This document shows, piece by piece, positions 8,732-20,575 of a stretch of DNA of 64,000 bases; position 1 is the stretch's first letter; every line of letters starts with the position of its first letter. This DNA comes from an uncultured Chloroflexia bacterium (lineage in GTDB: Bacteria > Chloroflexota > Limnocylindria > Limnocylindrales > CSP1-4), in NCBI GenBank assembly GCA_963706695.1, contig CAVPNC010000003.1:99190-163189 (forward strand), read 5' to 3'. A program made the translations under genes and the position numbers. The notes beneath the pieces were generated by a model. The model was not told the DNA's origin. It did no database searches and worked only from the letters and a program-made list of their open reading frames with translations.

Positions 8732-9718
8732 ATGACCGCCGACTTCGGCGGCAACAAGGCCAACGTGGTCGAGGGCCACAAGAGCGCCCAGACCTCCGGC
8801 TCCGCACGCACGGCTCGCATCAAGGAGACGGTGCGCAACGTGCTGGCCCAGCGCTCCGCCCGCGTGGGGCTCTTCCTCCTGGGCATCCTCGTCTTCGTGG
8901 CCACCTTCGCGCCCCTCATCGCGCCCTACGGCCCGCTGGACAACCTCAACGGTCCGGGTGAGCCGGGGCGCCGGGCCGAGCCCTGTATCCACGCCTTCTA
9001 CGAGGTGCCCATCCTGGGCGCCTGGGGTTGCCCCGAGACGCAGCCGGAGACGTATCTGGGCACCGACGGCAACAGTCGTGACATCTTCAGTCGCGTGGTC
9101 TACGGGGCACGCATCTCGCTGCCCATCGGCCCGGCCGTGGTCGGCTTCGCCATCATCATCGGCGCCATCGTGGGCGCCATCGCCGGCTTCGCCTCCGGTT
9201 GGACGGACATGACCCTCATGCGCATCATGGACATCGTTCTCTCGTTCCCGGCGCTGATCCTCGCCATCGCCATCGTCACGCTCATCGGCAGCGGCTTGTT
9301 GAATGCCGTGGCGGCGGTGATCATCGTGTCGATCCCTCTGTACGCGCGCCTCACACGCTCAGCGGTGCTCTCCACCCGCGAGAACGACTACGTCACCGCC
9401 TCGCGCGCGCTCGGTGAGTCGAGCAGCGGCATCCTGCGACGGCGCGTGCTGCCCAACTCGATCACGCCGCTCATCGTGGCCGGCTCCCTGGGCATCGCCA
9501 CGGCGGTGCTGGAGGTGGCCGCGCTGTCCTTCCTGGGCCTGGGCATCGCCGAGCCCACGCCAGAGTGGGGTGCCATGATCGGCCGTGACTTCAACTCGAT
9601 CTTCTCGCGGCCGCTGCTGGTGCTCTCGCCGGCCTTCATGCTGACGGTGATGGTGCTCGGCTTCAACCTGCTCGGTGACGGCATCCGCGACGCCCTCGAT
9701 CCGAGGCTCAACAGGTGA
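8732..9718 (+). CDS. ABC transporter permease (DppC/OppC-like)
   Basis: 328-aa ORF with TM segments and the YVTASRALGES EAA-loop-like motif. Its stop overlaps the next gene. Confidence 0.9.
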   Translation: MTADFGGNKANVVEGHKSAQTSGSARTARIKETVRNVLAQRSARVGLFLLGILVFVATFAPLIAPYGPLDNLNGPGEPGRRAEPCIHAFYEVPILGAWGCPETQPETYLGTDGNSRDIFSRVVYGARISLPIGPAVVGFAIIIGAIVGAIAGFASGWTDMTLMRIMDIVLSFPALILAIAIVTLIGSGLLNAVAAVIIVSIPLYARLTRSAVLSTRENDYVTASRALGESSSGILRRRVLPNSITPLIVAGSLGIATAVLEVAALSFLGLGIAEPTPEWGAMIGRDFNSIFSRPLLVLSPAFMLTVMVLGFNLLGDGIRDALDPRLNR

Positions 9719-10773
9719 GTACCCCCGTGAACCCCAGCGACGACCAGCAGCACATCCTCGAGGTCAAGGGTCTGCAGACATCCTTCTATACCCGTGCCGG
9801 CGTCATCCGCGCCGTGACCGACGTGAACTTCCACGTCAACAAGGGTGAGGTCCTGGGCATCGTCGGCGAATCGGGCTGCGGCAAGTCCGTGACCTCGCTG
9901 ACGATCCTGGGCCTGGTGGGCGAGCCCGGCAAGGTGGAAGCCGGCGAGGTCCTCTTCGGCGGACGGGACCTGCTGCACCTGCCCGACTCCGAGATGCGCA
10001 AGGTCCGCGGTGACCGCATCGCCATGATCTTCCAGCAGCCGCAGTCCTCGCTGAACCCGGTCATGAAGGTCGGTCCGCAGATCGCGGAGTCGCTCATCAT
10101 CCACCGCGACATGGACGAGAAGGCCGCCCACGCGCGCAGCCTCGAGCTCATGGACATGGTCGGCATCCCCGACGCGGTGCGGCGCTACGACGCCTACCCG
10201 CACGAGATGTCCGGCGGCATGGCCCAGCGCGTGATGATCGCCATCGCGCTCTCGTGCGAGCCCGAGCTGCTCATCGCGGACGAGCCCACGACCGCGCTGG
10301 ACGTGACCATCCAGGCCCAGATCCTGGACCTCATGCGCATGCTCCAGAAGGAGACCGGCACGGCCATCGTGCTCATCACCCACGACCTCGGCGTGGTGGC
10401 CGAGATGTGCGACCGGGCTGCGGTCATGTACGCCGGCGAGATCGTCGAGCAGACCGACGTGCGCACGCTCTTCTCCGAGCCCAAGCATCCCTACACCCGC
10501 GGCCTCATCGGCGCGGTGCCGGTGCCCGGTGAGATCCTCGACGAGCTGGCCACCATCCCCGGGTCCGTGCCCAACCTCATCGAGCTGCCTGAGGCCTGCC
10601 GCTTCAGCCCGCGCTGCACGGCCAAGGACGAGCACGGCTGCGTCCTCGCCGACCGCGTCCACCCCGAGCTGCGCCTGGCCGGCGAGGACCACCTCGTGCG
10701 CTGCTGGCTCTACCACCACGAGGATGGGTCGCCCCGACCCGATCCTGACACCTGGCCGGAGGCCGGCGCATGA
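9715..10773 (+). CDS. ABC transporter ATP-binding protein (DppD/OppD-like)
   Basis: Walker A GESGCGKS, signature MSGGMAQRV, Walker [13 protein letters not shown], and a C-terminal oligopeptide-type Cys motif. ATGA overlap with the next gene. Confidence 0.9.
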   Translation: MSTPVNPSDDQQHILEVKGLQTSFYTRAGVIRAVTDVNFHVNKGEVLGIVGESGCGKSVTSLTILGLVGEPGKVEAGEVLFGGRDLLHLPDSEMRKVRGDRIAMIFQQPQSSLNPVMKVGPQIAESLIIHRDMDEKAAHARSLELMDMVGIPDAVRRYDAYPHEMSGGMAQRVMIAIALSCEPELLIADEPTTALDVTIQAQILDLMRMLQKETGTAIVLITHDLGVVAEMCDRAAVMYAGEIVEQTDVRTLFSEPKHPYTRGLIGAVPVPGEILDELATIPGSVPNLIELPEACRFSPRCTAKDEHGCVLADRVHPELRLAGEDHLVRCWLYHHEDGSPRPDPDTWPEAGA

Positions 10774-12978
10774 CCGACACCAACACCGCCGCGGTCGGCG
10801 GCATCAACCGCCAGCCGAACCCCCTGGTCCGCCTCGAGGGCCTCAAGAAGGCCTTCCCCATCAAGGCCGGCGTGCTCCAGCGCACGGTCGCCGAGGTGCG
10901 GGCGGTCGATGGCGTCGACCTCGAGATCGGCCGTGGCGAGACGGTCGGGCTGGTCGGCGAATCCGGTTGTGGCAAGACCACCATCGGGCGCCTGCTGCTG
11001 CGCCTCATCGACCCCACCGGCGGCAAGATCATCTTCGACGGGCAGGACATCACGGAGCTGCAGGGCAAGGACCTGCAGCCGTACCGCAAGCGGATGCAGA
11101 TCGTCTTCCAGGATCCGTTCGCCTCGCTCGACCCACGGCAGCTGGTGGGCGACAGCATCGGCGAGGGCCTGCGCATCCACAACCTCGGTTCCACCGCGGA
11201 GCGGCGCAAGAAGGTCCAGGACATGATGGACATGGTGGGCCTGCAGCCGTACCACGCTGACCGCTACCCCCACGAGTTCAGCGGCGGCCAGCGACAGCGC
11301 ATCGGCATCGCCCGCGCGCTGGTGATGGAACCGGACATCATCGTCTGCGACGAGCCGGTCTCAGCGCTCGACGTGTCCATCCAGGCGCAGGTGCTCAACC
11401 TGCTCAAGTCGCTCCAGGGCGAGTTCGGCCTGACCTACCTCTTCATCGCCCACAACCTGGGCGTGGTCGAGCACATCAGCGACCGCGTGGCGGTGATGTA
11501 CCTGGGCCGCGTGGCCGAGCTGACCAACCGCGAGCAGCTCTATCGCGACCCGCGCCATCCCTACACCATGGCCCTGATGTCAGCCATCCCCGTTCCCGAC
11601 CCCAATCTCGAGCGCAAGCGCATCATCCTCGAGGGTGACGTACCCAGCCCGGTCAACCCACCTGCAGGCTGCAACTTCCATCCGCGCTGCTGGCTGCGCC
11701 ACCATCTCGACACACCCGGAGATCTGCGCAGCAGAGATCCCGCAGCTCATCGACCCCACCCCGGAGGACGGCCAGGAACAGCTCGTGGCCTGCCACTTCC
11801 GTGAAACGGCTGCGTGCTCGCCGACCGGGTCCATCCCGAGCTGCGCCTGGCCGGCGAGGACCACCTCGTACGCTGCTGGCTCTACCACCACCAGGATGGG
11901 TCACCCCGACCCGATCCCGACACCTGGCCGGAGGCCGGCGCATGACCGACACCAACACTGCCGCGGTCGGCGGCATCAACCGTCAGCAAGAACCCGCTGG
12001 TCCGTCTCGAGGGCCTCAAGAAGGCCTTCCCCATCAAGGCCGGCGTGCTCCAGCGCACCGTGGCCGAGGTGCGCGCGGTCGATGGCGTCGACCTCGACAT
12101 CGGCCGTGGCGAGACGGTCGGGCTGGTGGGCGAATCCGGATGTGGCAAGACCACCATCGGGCGTCTGCTGCTGCGCCTCATCGACCCCACCGGCGGCAAG
12201 ATCATCTTCGACGGCCAGGACATCACGGAGCTGCAGGGCAAGGACCTGCAGCCGTACCGCAAGCGGATGCAGATCGTCTTCCAGGATCCGTTCGCCTCGC
12301 TCGACCCGCGGCAGCTGGTGGGCGACAGCATCGGCGAGGGCCTGCGCATCCACAACCTCGGCTCCACCTCGGAGCGGCGCAAGAAGGTCCGGACATGATG
12401 GACCTGGTGGGCCTGCAGCCATACCACGCGGACCGCTACCCCCACGAGTTCAGCGGCGGCCAGCGACAGCGCATCGGCATCGCCCGCGCGCTGGTGATGG
12501 AGCCGGACATCATCGTCTGCGACGAGCCGGTCTCAGCCCTCGACGTGTCCATCCAGGCGCAGGTGCTCAACCTGCTCAAGTCGCTCCAGCAGGAGTTCGG
12601 CCTGACCTACCTCTTCATCGCCCACAACCTGGGCGTGGTCGAGCACATCAGCGACCGCGTGGCGGTGATGTACCTGGGCCGCGTGGCCGAGCTGACCAAC
12701 CGCGAGCAGCTCTATCGCGACCCGCGCCATCCCTACACCATGGCCCTGATGTCGGCCATCCCCGTCCCCGACCCCAACCTCGAGCGCAAGCGCATCATCC
12801 TCGAGGGTGACGTACCCAGCCCGGTCAACCCACCCGCAGGCTGCAACTTCCATCCGCGCTGCTGGCTGCGCAACCACCTCGAGACGCCGGAGGTGTGCGC
12901 GGCGGAGGTCCCGCTGCTCATCGATCCCATGCCGGACGACGGCCAGGAGCAGCTGGTGGCCTGCCACTTCCGCGAGAC
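10634..12978 (+). repeat. diverged head-to-tail tandem duplication, unit about 1172 bp (10634-11805 and 11806-12978)
   Basis: The 3' end of the dppD-like gene (acggctgcgt.ctcgccgaccg.gtcca.cccgagctgcgcctggccggcgaggaccacctcgt) and nearly the whole dppF-like gene recur after ttccgtgaaac at 11806. By eye the copies differ by scattered substitutions and three 1-nt indels. Confidence 0.85.
10770..11804 (+). CDS. ABC transporter ATP-binding protein (DppF/OppF-like), copy 1, with a frameshifted C-terminal tail
   Basis: Walker [10 protein letters not shown], signature [15 protein letters not shown], Walker [13 protein letters not shown]. After [12 protein letters not shown], a +1 insertion near 11715 moves the conserved tail ([31 protein letters not shown]) into another frame. 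The ORF stops at TGA 11802-11804. Confidence 0.75.
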   Translation: MTDTNTAAVGGINRQPNPLVRLEGLKKAFPIKAGVLQRTVAEVRAVDGVDLEIGRGETVGLVGESGCGKTTIGRLLLRLIDPTGGKIIFDGQDITELQGKDLQPYRKRMQIVFQDPFASLDPRQLVGDSIGEGLRIHNLGSTAERRKKVQDMMDMVGLQPYHADRYPHEFSGGQRQRIGIARALVMEPDIIVCDEPVSALDVSIQAQVLNLLKSLQGEFGLTYLFIAHNLGVVEHISDRVAVMYLGRVAELTNREQLYRDPRHPYTMALMSAIPVPDPNLERKRIILEGDVPSPVNPPAGCNFHPRCWLRHHLDTPGDLRSRDPAAHRPHPGGRPGTARGLPLP

Positions 12979-13030
12979 CAGCGCCATCGAGCTGGAGAAG
13001 GCCTCCAGGGTCGAAGAGGTCGTCAAGTAG
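11942..13030 (+). pseudogene. ABC transporter ATP-binding protein (DppF/OppF-like), copy 2, with two opposite frameshifts
   Basis: ATG 11942 gives [15 protein letters not shown], then a +1 insertion near 11990. The Walker A part ([14 protein letters not shown]...) is in ORF 12045..12398. A -1 near 12390 returns to the start frame, which carries [28 protein letters not shown]...[23 protein letters not shown] up to the stop at 13030. Confidence 0.7.
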
Positions 13031-13118
13031 CGCCTCCGGGCGGACGCGGTTGAGCGCCATCGAGCTGGAGAAGGCCTCCAGGGTCGAAGAGGTCGTCAAG
13101 TAGCGCCTCCGGGCGGAC
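12980..13118 (+). repeat. perfect 66-bp direct repeat (12980-13045 and 13053-13118) separated by 7 bp
   Basis: agcgccatcgagctggagaaggcctccagggtcgaagaggtcgtcaagtagcgcctccgggcggac occurs twice. It contains the last 16 codons, the stop codon and 16 nt downstream of dppF-like copy 2. Confidence 0.9.
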
Positions 13119-13204
13119 ACCAGGCTGCGACCGAGCAGGACTCGAGTCGCACGCACGAAGGTGCTAGGCTGCCGCTCACCCAATCACCGCACCAGGAGGG
13201 GGAC

Positions 13205-13783
13205 ATGAGGCTCTCCGCAGCCGCTGCATCGATCTTCGCCATCAGTCTTGTCGTCGCTGCCTGCGGCGGGGATGAGGCCACCTCCGAGCCCGCCGATGAG
13301 GCCACCCCGGCCCCGGCCGCCACGGAAGCTGCAGAGGAGCCGACAGCGGCAGCGGCCGAGGCTACCGAGGGCACCGGCGAGGAGGCCACTGGGGCGGCGC
13401 AGGAGGCGGTGGAAGAGGCCACCGCAGAAGCCCCGGCGGACGCCACGGAGCCACCGGCAGAAGAGGCCACGGAACCCCCGGCTGAGGAAGCCGCCGCCGA
13501 GCCCGAGTTCGGCAAGAAGGCCGCCATCACCAACGAGGACGATCCGGCTACGACCTTCGGCCTCACCAGCGGCCGCTACCGGATGCAGTGGAGCACGACC
13601 GACTGCGAGCAGGTCGACATCCTCGTGCAGCAGGTGGATGGCGACTTCAGCTACCCCAAGCCCTCGCGCTCATCGTTCGCCTCCGCCACCATCAACGACC
13701 TGCCCGAAGGCACCTACACCATCGAGCAGCTGGACCCTGACTGCGTCGAGTGGTCGGTGCGCATCGACTGGATGACGAACTAG
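13205..13783 (+). CDS. lipoprotein of unknown function with an acidic Ala/Glu/Thr/Pro-rich linker
   Basis: AGGAGG lies 6 nt upstream of the ATG. There is a lipobox-like LVVAAC after a hydrophobic N-terminus, about 90 aa of low-complexity acidic sequence, then a small Cys-containing C-terminal domain (TDCEQVD...DPDCVEWSVRIDW). Confidence 0.75.
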   Translation: MRLSAAAASIFAISLVVAACGGDEATSEPADEATPAPAATEAAEEPTAAAAEATEGTGEEATGAAQEAVEEATAEAPADATEPPAEEATEPPAEEAAAEPEFGKKAAITNEDDPATTFGLTSGRYRMQWSTTDCEQVDILVQQVDGDFSYPKPSRSSFASATINDLPEGTYTIEQLDPDCVEWSVRIDWMTN

Positions 13784-13872
13784 CTCCACCCGCCGTGCGC
13801 GGATGACGTAGCGCCTCGGTCCCACGGGCCGGGGCGCTGCTGCTGATCGGCGCCGGCACCGAGGTGGCCTGA

Positions 13873-16257
<2,385 letters not shown>

Positions 16258-16258
<1 letters not shown>

Positions 16259-17346
16259 CAGGCGTCGATCTTCTGGCGGGGATCGAGGGCATCGCGCAGG
16301 CCGTCACCGAGGAAGCTCGCCGAGAGCACCATGAGCACGAGGATGAGGCCCGGCCAGACCACCATCAGGGGCGCACGGATGAAGTACTGCTGGGCGTTGT
16401 TGAGCATGTTGCCGAGGCTGGCTTCCGGCAGGCTGATGCCGAAGCCGAGGAACGAGAGCGCAGCCTCCACCACCACGGCATCAGCCACGCCGAGCGCAGC
16501 GGCCACGATGAGCGGGCTCATGGCCGGCGGCAGCATATGGCGACCGATGATCCGTCCATGGCCGGCTCCGAGGGCCTTGGCCGCGTGCACGAAGTCCATC
16601 TCTCTGAGCATCAGGAACTCACCGCGGATCAACCTCGCGGCGAGGGTCCAGCCCGTGATGCCGATCGCGATGACCACGACCCACACATTGCCCTGGCCGA
16701 AGAAGCCCACGATCATCAGGATGATGAAGAGGATGGGCAGGGTCAGCACGATATCGACGAAGCGCATCAGGCCGTTGTCCACCCAGCCGCCGACGTAGCC
16801 CGCGATCGAGCCGACGATGCTGCCGATGCCGACGATGATGAGCACGGCGGCGAAGCCGATGATGAGCGAGGTCTGCGTGGCCTTGGCCAGGCGCACGAAC
16901 ACGTTCTGGCCGATCTCGTCGTAGCCCAGCGGTGCTTCGGGGAAGGAGGGCGGCCCGTAGATGTCCTGCAGGCTGGCGTCCTTGTAGGCGTCGCCGGTGA
17001 GGAACGGCACCAGGAAGCCGTAGGCGATGAGCGTGGCCAGCACCAGCAGCGAGATGACCGCCAGCCGGTGGCGCAGGAAGCGCTGGCGCACGAGCTGCCA
17101 GTAGGTCCGGACCGGCGTCTTGTCGACCTCGTCGAACTCGTCCGAGGCGCCGCTGGCAGGGGTGGCCGCGGCCGGGTTCGCGGTGTCCTGGGGCTTTGCC
17201 GTAGTGATGGCGTCTCTCCTAGTACTTGATGCGCGGGTCGACCAGGCCGTAGAGCACGTCGGCCAGGAGGTTGCCGATGATGACGGCGGTGCCACTGAGC
17301 ATGGCCACGGCCATGATCGTGGGGTAGTCCTTGGCCCCGACCGCAT
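16258..17346 (-). CDS. ABC transporter permease (OppC/DppC-like); true start uncertain
   Basis: TM-rich body with an N-terminal region typical of OppC (RTYWQLVRQRFLRHRLAVISL). The ORF-track ATG at 17346 would overlap the upstream permease by 128 nt. AGGAGA lies 6 nt before an in-frame ATC at 17208, just after the upstream stop at 17219. Confidence 0.8.
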
Positions 17347-18238
17347 CGATGAAGAGCGATCCGATGCCGGGCCAGCTGAAGATGGTCTCGGTGATCGCGG
17401 CGCCCGCGATGAGCGACGGGATGGACAGGCCCAGCAGGGTCACGATGGGGATGAGCGCGTTGCGCAAGGCGTGCTTGTAGATGACGCTGCGCCGCGGGAG
17501 GCCCTTGGCCTTGGCCGTGCGCACGTAGTCCTGGTGCAGCACGTCAAGCATCGCAGAACGCGTATAGCGGCTCCAGGCGGCGATGCTGAGGATGGCCAGC
17601 GACATCACCGGCAGGACCATGTGGTACGCGATGTCGACAGGGTCGCCGCGTCTACCCAGGCTCTCCATGCCGAAGGTAGGGAAGCCCAGGGCGCCATCGG
17701 TCCACTGCTTCAGGAGCACGCCCCCGAGATAGAGGATGTACGTGCCCAGCAGGAAGGATGGGATGGCGTAGCCGAAGGTGGCCGCCGTGGTGATGATCTT
17801 GTCCGTCCAGCTGTACTGCCTGACAGCCGCCAGGATGCCGATGGGGATGGCGAAGATGATGGTCACGATGAGGGCCGTGCCCATGAGCAGGACGGTCGGC
17901 GGCAGGCGCAGGAAGATCTTCTCCATCACGGCGCGGCCGTCGGTGAAGCTGTAACCCCAGGCCGGCCAGTTCATGGTCCACTCCGCCGGGTTCACGCTGC
18001 CGTTGAAGTCGATGATCCTGAAGAACGTCGTGACCCACGCGAGGTACTGCTCAGGCAGCGGCCGGTCCAGGCCGTACGAGCGGATGAGCGCCTCGATCTG
18101 CTCCGGCGGCACGCGCGGGGTGCGGAAGCGGTCGGTGGGATCGCCCGGTGAGGCGTACACGATGAGGAACACGATCATCGAGACGCCGATGAGGATGGGG
18201 ATCGCCTGGATGACCCGGCGAAGCAGGTACTGCGCCAT
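17219..18238 (-). CDS. ABC transporter permease (OppB/DppB-like)
   Basis: 339-aa ORF with MAQYLLRRVIQAIPILIGVSMIVF, TM segments and YVRTAKAKGLPRR. Confidence 0.9.
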   Translation of the reverse strand: MAQYLLRRVIQAIPILIGVSMIVFLIVYASPGDPTDRFRTPRVPPEQIEALIRSYGLDRPLPEQYLAWVTTFFRIIDFNGSVNPAEWTMNWPAWGYSFTDGRAVMEKIFLRLPPTVLLMGTALIVTIIFAIPIGILAAVRQYSWTDKIITTAATFGYAIPSFLLGTYILYLGGVLLKQWTDGALGFPTFGMESLGRRGDPVDIAYHMVLPVMSLAILSIAAWSRYTRSAMLDVLHQDYVRTAKAKGLPRRSVIYKHALRNALIPIVTLLGLSIPSLIAGAAITETIFSWPGIGSLFIDAVGAKDYPTIMAVAMLSGTAVIIGNLLADVLYGLVDPRIKY

Positions 18239-18320
18239 CTAGCGCACTACCTGGCGGGGCATACAGGTGAAGACGTTGAAGGGCACGGAGCGCCGTCGGT
18301 ACGGAGTTGGATGGGTGTGC

Positions 18321-18359
18321 GAGGGCCGCTCGCGACGGCTGACGCCGTGAGCGGCCCTC
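18321..18359 (-). terminator. long hairpin between the SBP gene and the first permease gene
   Basis: gagggccgctc ... gagcggccctc forms an 11-bp outer stem. An inner acggc/gccgt stem lies within it. The element is in the 171-nt gap between 18238 and 18410. Confidence 0.5.
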
Positions 18360-18409
18360 TGACGCGGCACCAGGCCACGTTCGTGCGCACGAAGCGCGGG
18401 AGGGAGTCC

Positions 18410-20368
18410 CTATTCCTTGACGGTCAGGCCACCCTTGTTGACCTTGTTGAGCTCCCAGAACCAGGTCGGGGTGCTCATGACGGTCTCGTCCCACTCGACG
18501 TCGCTCTGGAGAGCGGCGTTCAGGCCCTGACGCTCCTCGTCAGACCAGGCCCAGAGGGCGGGCAGCTCTTCAGCCATGATGGCCTCGAACTCCTGGTAGA
18601 TCTCGGCGCGCTTGGCCTGGTCGAGCTCGCGCAGGCCAGCCTCGATGAGCTCGTCGGCTCGCTCGTTGCTGAAGCCGATGTAGTTGTAGGTGTCCGGCAG
18701 GTCCTCGGTCACGATGTTGTTGCTGTGATAGAGGCTGTACGGATCGGGGTCGTAGCTGGTGCCCCAGCCGCCGAAGTAGGCGTCCCACTGCTCGGACTGG
18801 CCGGCCATGATCAGCGGCCACTCGAGGCCGGGGAGCAGGACGGTGCCGAAGTCGGCCTCTTCAAGGGTCAGGTTGAAGCCGCAGTCCTTGGCCTGGTCGG
18901 CGAGGAGCTGCATGAACTTGCTGCGGTCGGGCTTGCCGGCGCGCAGGAGGATGTGGGTCTCGAGACGGCGGCCGTCAGGGTTGACGCGGACGCCATCATC
19001 ACCCATGGTCCAGCCAGCCTCGTCGAGCATCTGGTTGGCCAGGTCGACGTTGTATTCGTACTTCTTGACGTCAGGGTTGTAGGCCCAGCTGGCGGGCGGG
19101 ATGTCGGCGTAGATGGGCACGCCCTGGCCGTCAGTGGCGGCCTCGACGGTGGCTTCCTTGTCGATGCAGTAGGCCAGCGCCTGGCGCACGGGCTTCTCCG
19201 CGAAGAGGCGGCCCTCACGCAGGTTGAACTGCATGTTGAAGTAGCCGAAGTCGGGGTACAGCGCGAACTTGACGTTGCTGTTCTCGCGCAGCTGCTCGTA
19301 GCCGTCGGCGGTGAGGCTGTACTTCCAGTCGATGTCACCACCGGCGAGCGCCGCGGAGGCTGCCACGTCGTCCTTGATGATGGGCATGTACAGCGTCTCG
19401 AAGGTGCTGGGACCCCAGTGGTAGGTCTCGTTGCGGACCGCGGTGATGTCCTGGCCGGGGCGGAACTCGGTGACGGTGAAGAGACCGGTGCCGACCGGCA
19501 TGCGAGCCGTCTCGATGAGCTTGTAGGCCGCCGCGATCTGGTCGATCTCCGACGAGTTGAGGATGGTCGACAGCTCACCGAGGCTGGTGTTCAGCGCGGT
19601 GGCGTAGCTCTCCACGTTGAGGGAGCCATCGTCGTTCTGGTGCAGGGCCTGGTCGGGGATGGCGAACTCGGCCGAGCTCAGGATGGCCTCGGCATCGGCG
19701 ACGAAGGTCTCCGACTCGGGGCCGGCTGCGATGACGGCGTCGACATCCGCGGCCGTCACCGCACCCAGGCTCTCCTGGAACTTGGCGAAGGCCGCTTCGG
19801 TCGCGGTCTTGCTGTCGATCCAGAGGCTGGGCAGGGAAACGGTGCTGAAGGGAGCGTACCGGTCAGCCAGCTGGAACTCGACGGTGAAGTCGTCGAGGGC
19901 GGTGACGCTCTGGAGGACCTTGACGGGCTCCTCGGAGCCCTCGGGGGTGACGGTCACGAAGGCCAGGCAGGCGTCCGGGTTGAACTTGCAGTTGTCGCTG
20001 TTGGCGAGCTCGTAGGTGAAGACGACGTCCTCAGCCGTGACCTGCTCGCCGGTCGGCTGGAAGAAGACGTCCTCGCGGAGCTTGATCGTCCAGGTCAGGC
20101 CATCCTCGCTGATCTCGGCCAGATCGGCGGCGATGTCAGGCTGGGGGGTCAGGCTCTCATCGAGCGTGTAGAGCGCGTTGTGCAGCCAGGTGTTGGCCTC
20201 ATCCGTGGGAACGTCGTCGGCGGCGTTGTTCAACGCACTGATCTCACCGTCGATGGCGTACACGAGCGCGGTTTCATCCTGGGCTGCAACAGGGCCGGCC
20301 AACAGCGCCGTGGCTGTCAGGGCCGCGGCCGCGCCAAAGGCGATGCCGGTGCGAGTCCGATGACTCAT
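18410..20368 (-). CDS. ABC transporter substrate-binding protein, family 5 (peptide-type), secreted
   Basis: 652-aa ORF with GAGGAGG upstream of the ATG and signal peptide MSHRTRTGIAFGAAAALTATALLAGPVAAQD. Confidence 0.88.
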   Translation of the reverse strand: MSHRTRTGIAFGAAAALTATALLAGPVAAQDETALVYAIDGEISALNNAADDVPTDEANTWLHNALYTLDESLTPQPDIAADLAEISEDGLTWTIKLREDVFFQPTGEQVTAEDVVFTYELANSDNCKFNPDACLAFVTVTPEGSEEPVKVLQSVTALDDFTVEFQLADRYAPFSTVSLPSLWIDSKTATEAAFAKFQESLGAVTAADVDAVIAAGPESETFVADAEAILSSAEFAIPDQALHQNDDGSLNVESYATALNTSLGELSTILNSSEIDQIAAAYKLIETARMPVGTGLFTVTEFRPGQDITAVRNETYHWGPSTFETLYMPIIKDDVAASAALAGGDIDWKYSLTADGYEQLRENSNVKFALYPDFGYFNMQFNLREGRLFAEKPVRQALAYCIDKEATVEAATDGQGVPIYADIPPASWAYNPDVKKYEYNVDLANQMLDEAGWTMGDDGVRVNPDGRRLETHILLRAGKPDRSKFMQLLADQAKDCGFNLTLEEADFGTVLLPGLEWPLIMAGQSEQWDAYFGGWGTSYDPDPYSLYHSNNIVTEDLPDTYNYIGFSNERADELIEAGLRELDQAKRAEIYQEFEAIMAEELPALWAWSDEERQGLNAALQSDVEWDETVMSTPTWFWELNKVNKGGLTVKE

Positions 20369-20499
20369 CAGAGAGGTTCCTCCTCTGTGGCGCGTCCCCG
20401 CCTAGGTGGTGAGGCTCGCGATGGGGCTCTCGGCTGCCGCTGTCCTCCCTATCCGTGCACGCAGGTGCACGTCTCCCGTGGAGGGGCCGCAGGCAACTG

Positions 20500-20530
20500 G
20501 ATTGTAGTAAGGCTTAACGATACGGTCCAC
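20500..20530 (-). promoter_or_regulatory. candidate sigma70-type promoter for the downstream SBP/permease genes (TGGACC-17-TACAAT)
   Basis: Minus-strand reading is tggaccgtatcgttaagccttacTACAAT, in the relatively AT-richer gap between the two SBP genes. It is preceded by a 7-bp hairpin (aggtcgc/gcgacct) about 12 nt after the upstream SBP stop. Based on motif reading only. Confidence 0.3.
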
Positions 20531-20575
20531 CACAGGGCCATAGGTCGCGCCTCGGGGCGACCTAGGGACCCCACC

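Noticed and set aside
10634-13118. The duplicated segment considered as a mobile element or insertion sequence.
   Set aside because: There is no transposase, integrase, terminal inverted repeats or target-site duplication. The unit consists only of host ABC transporter sequence in tandem.
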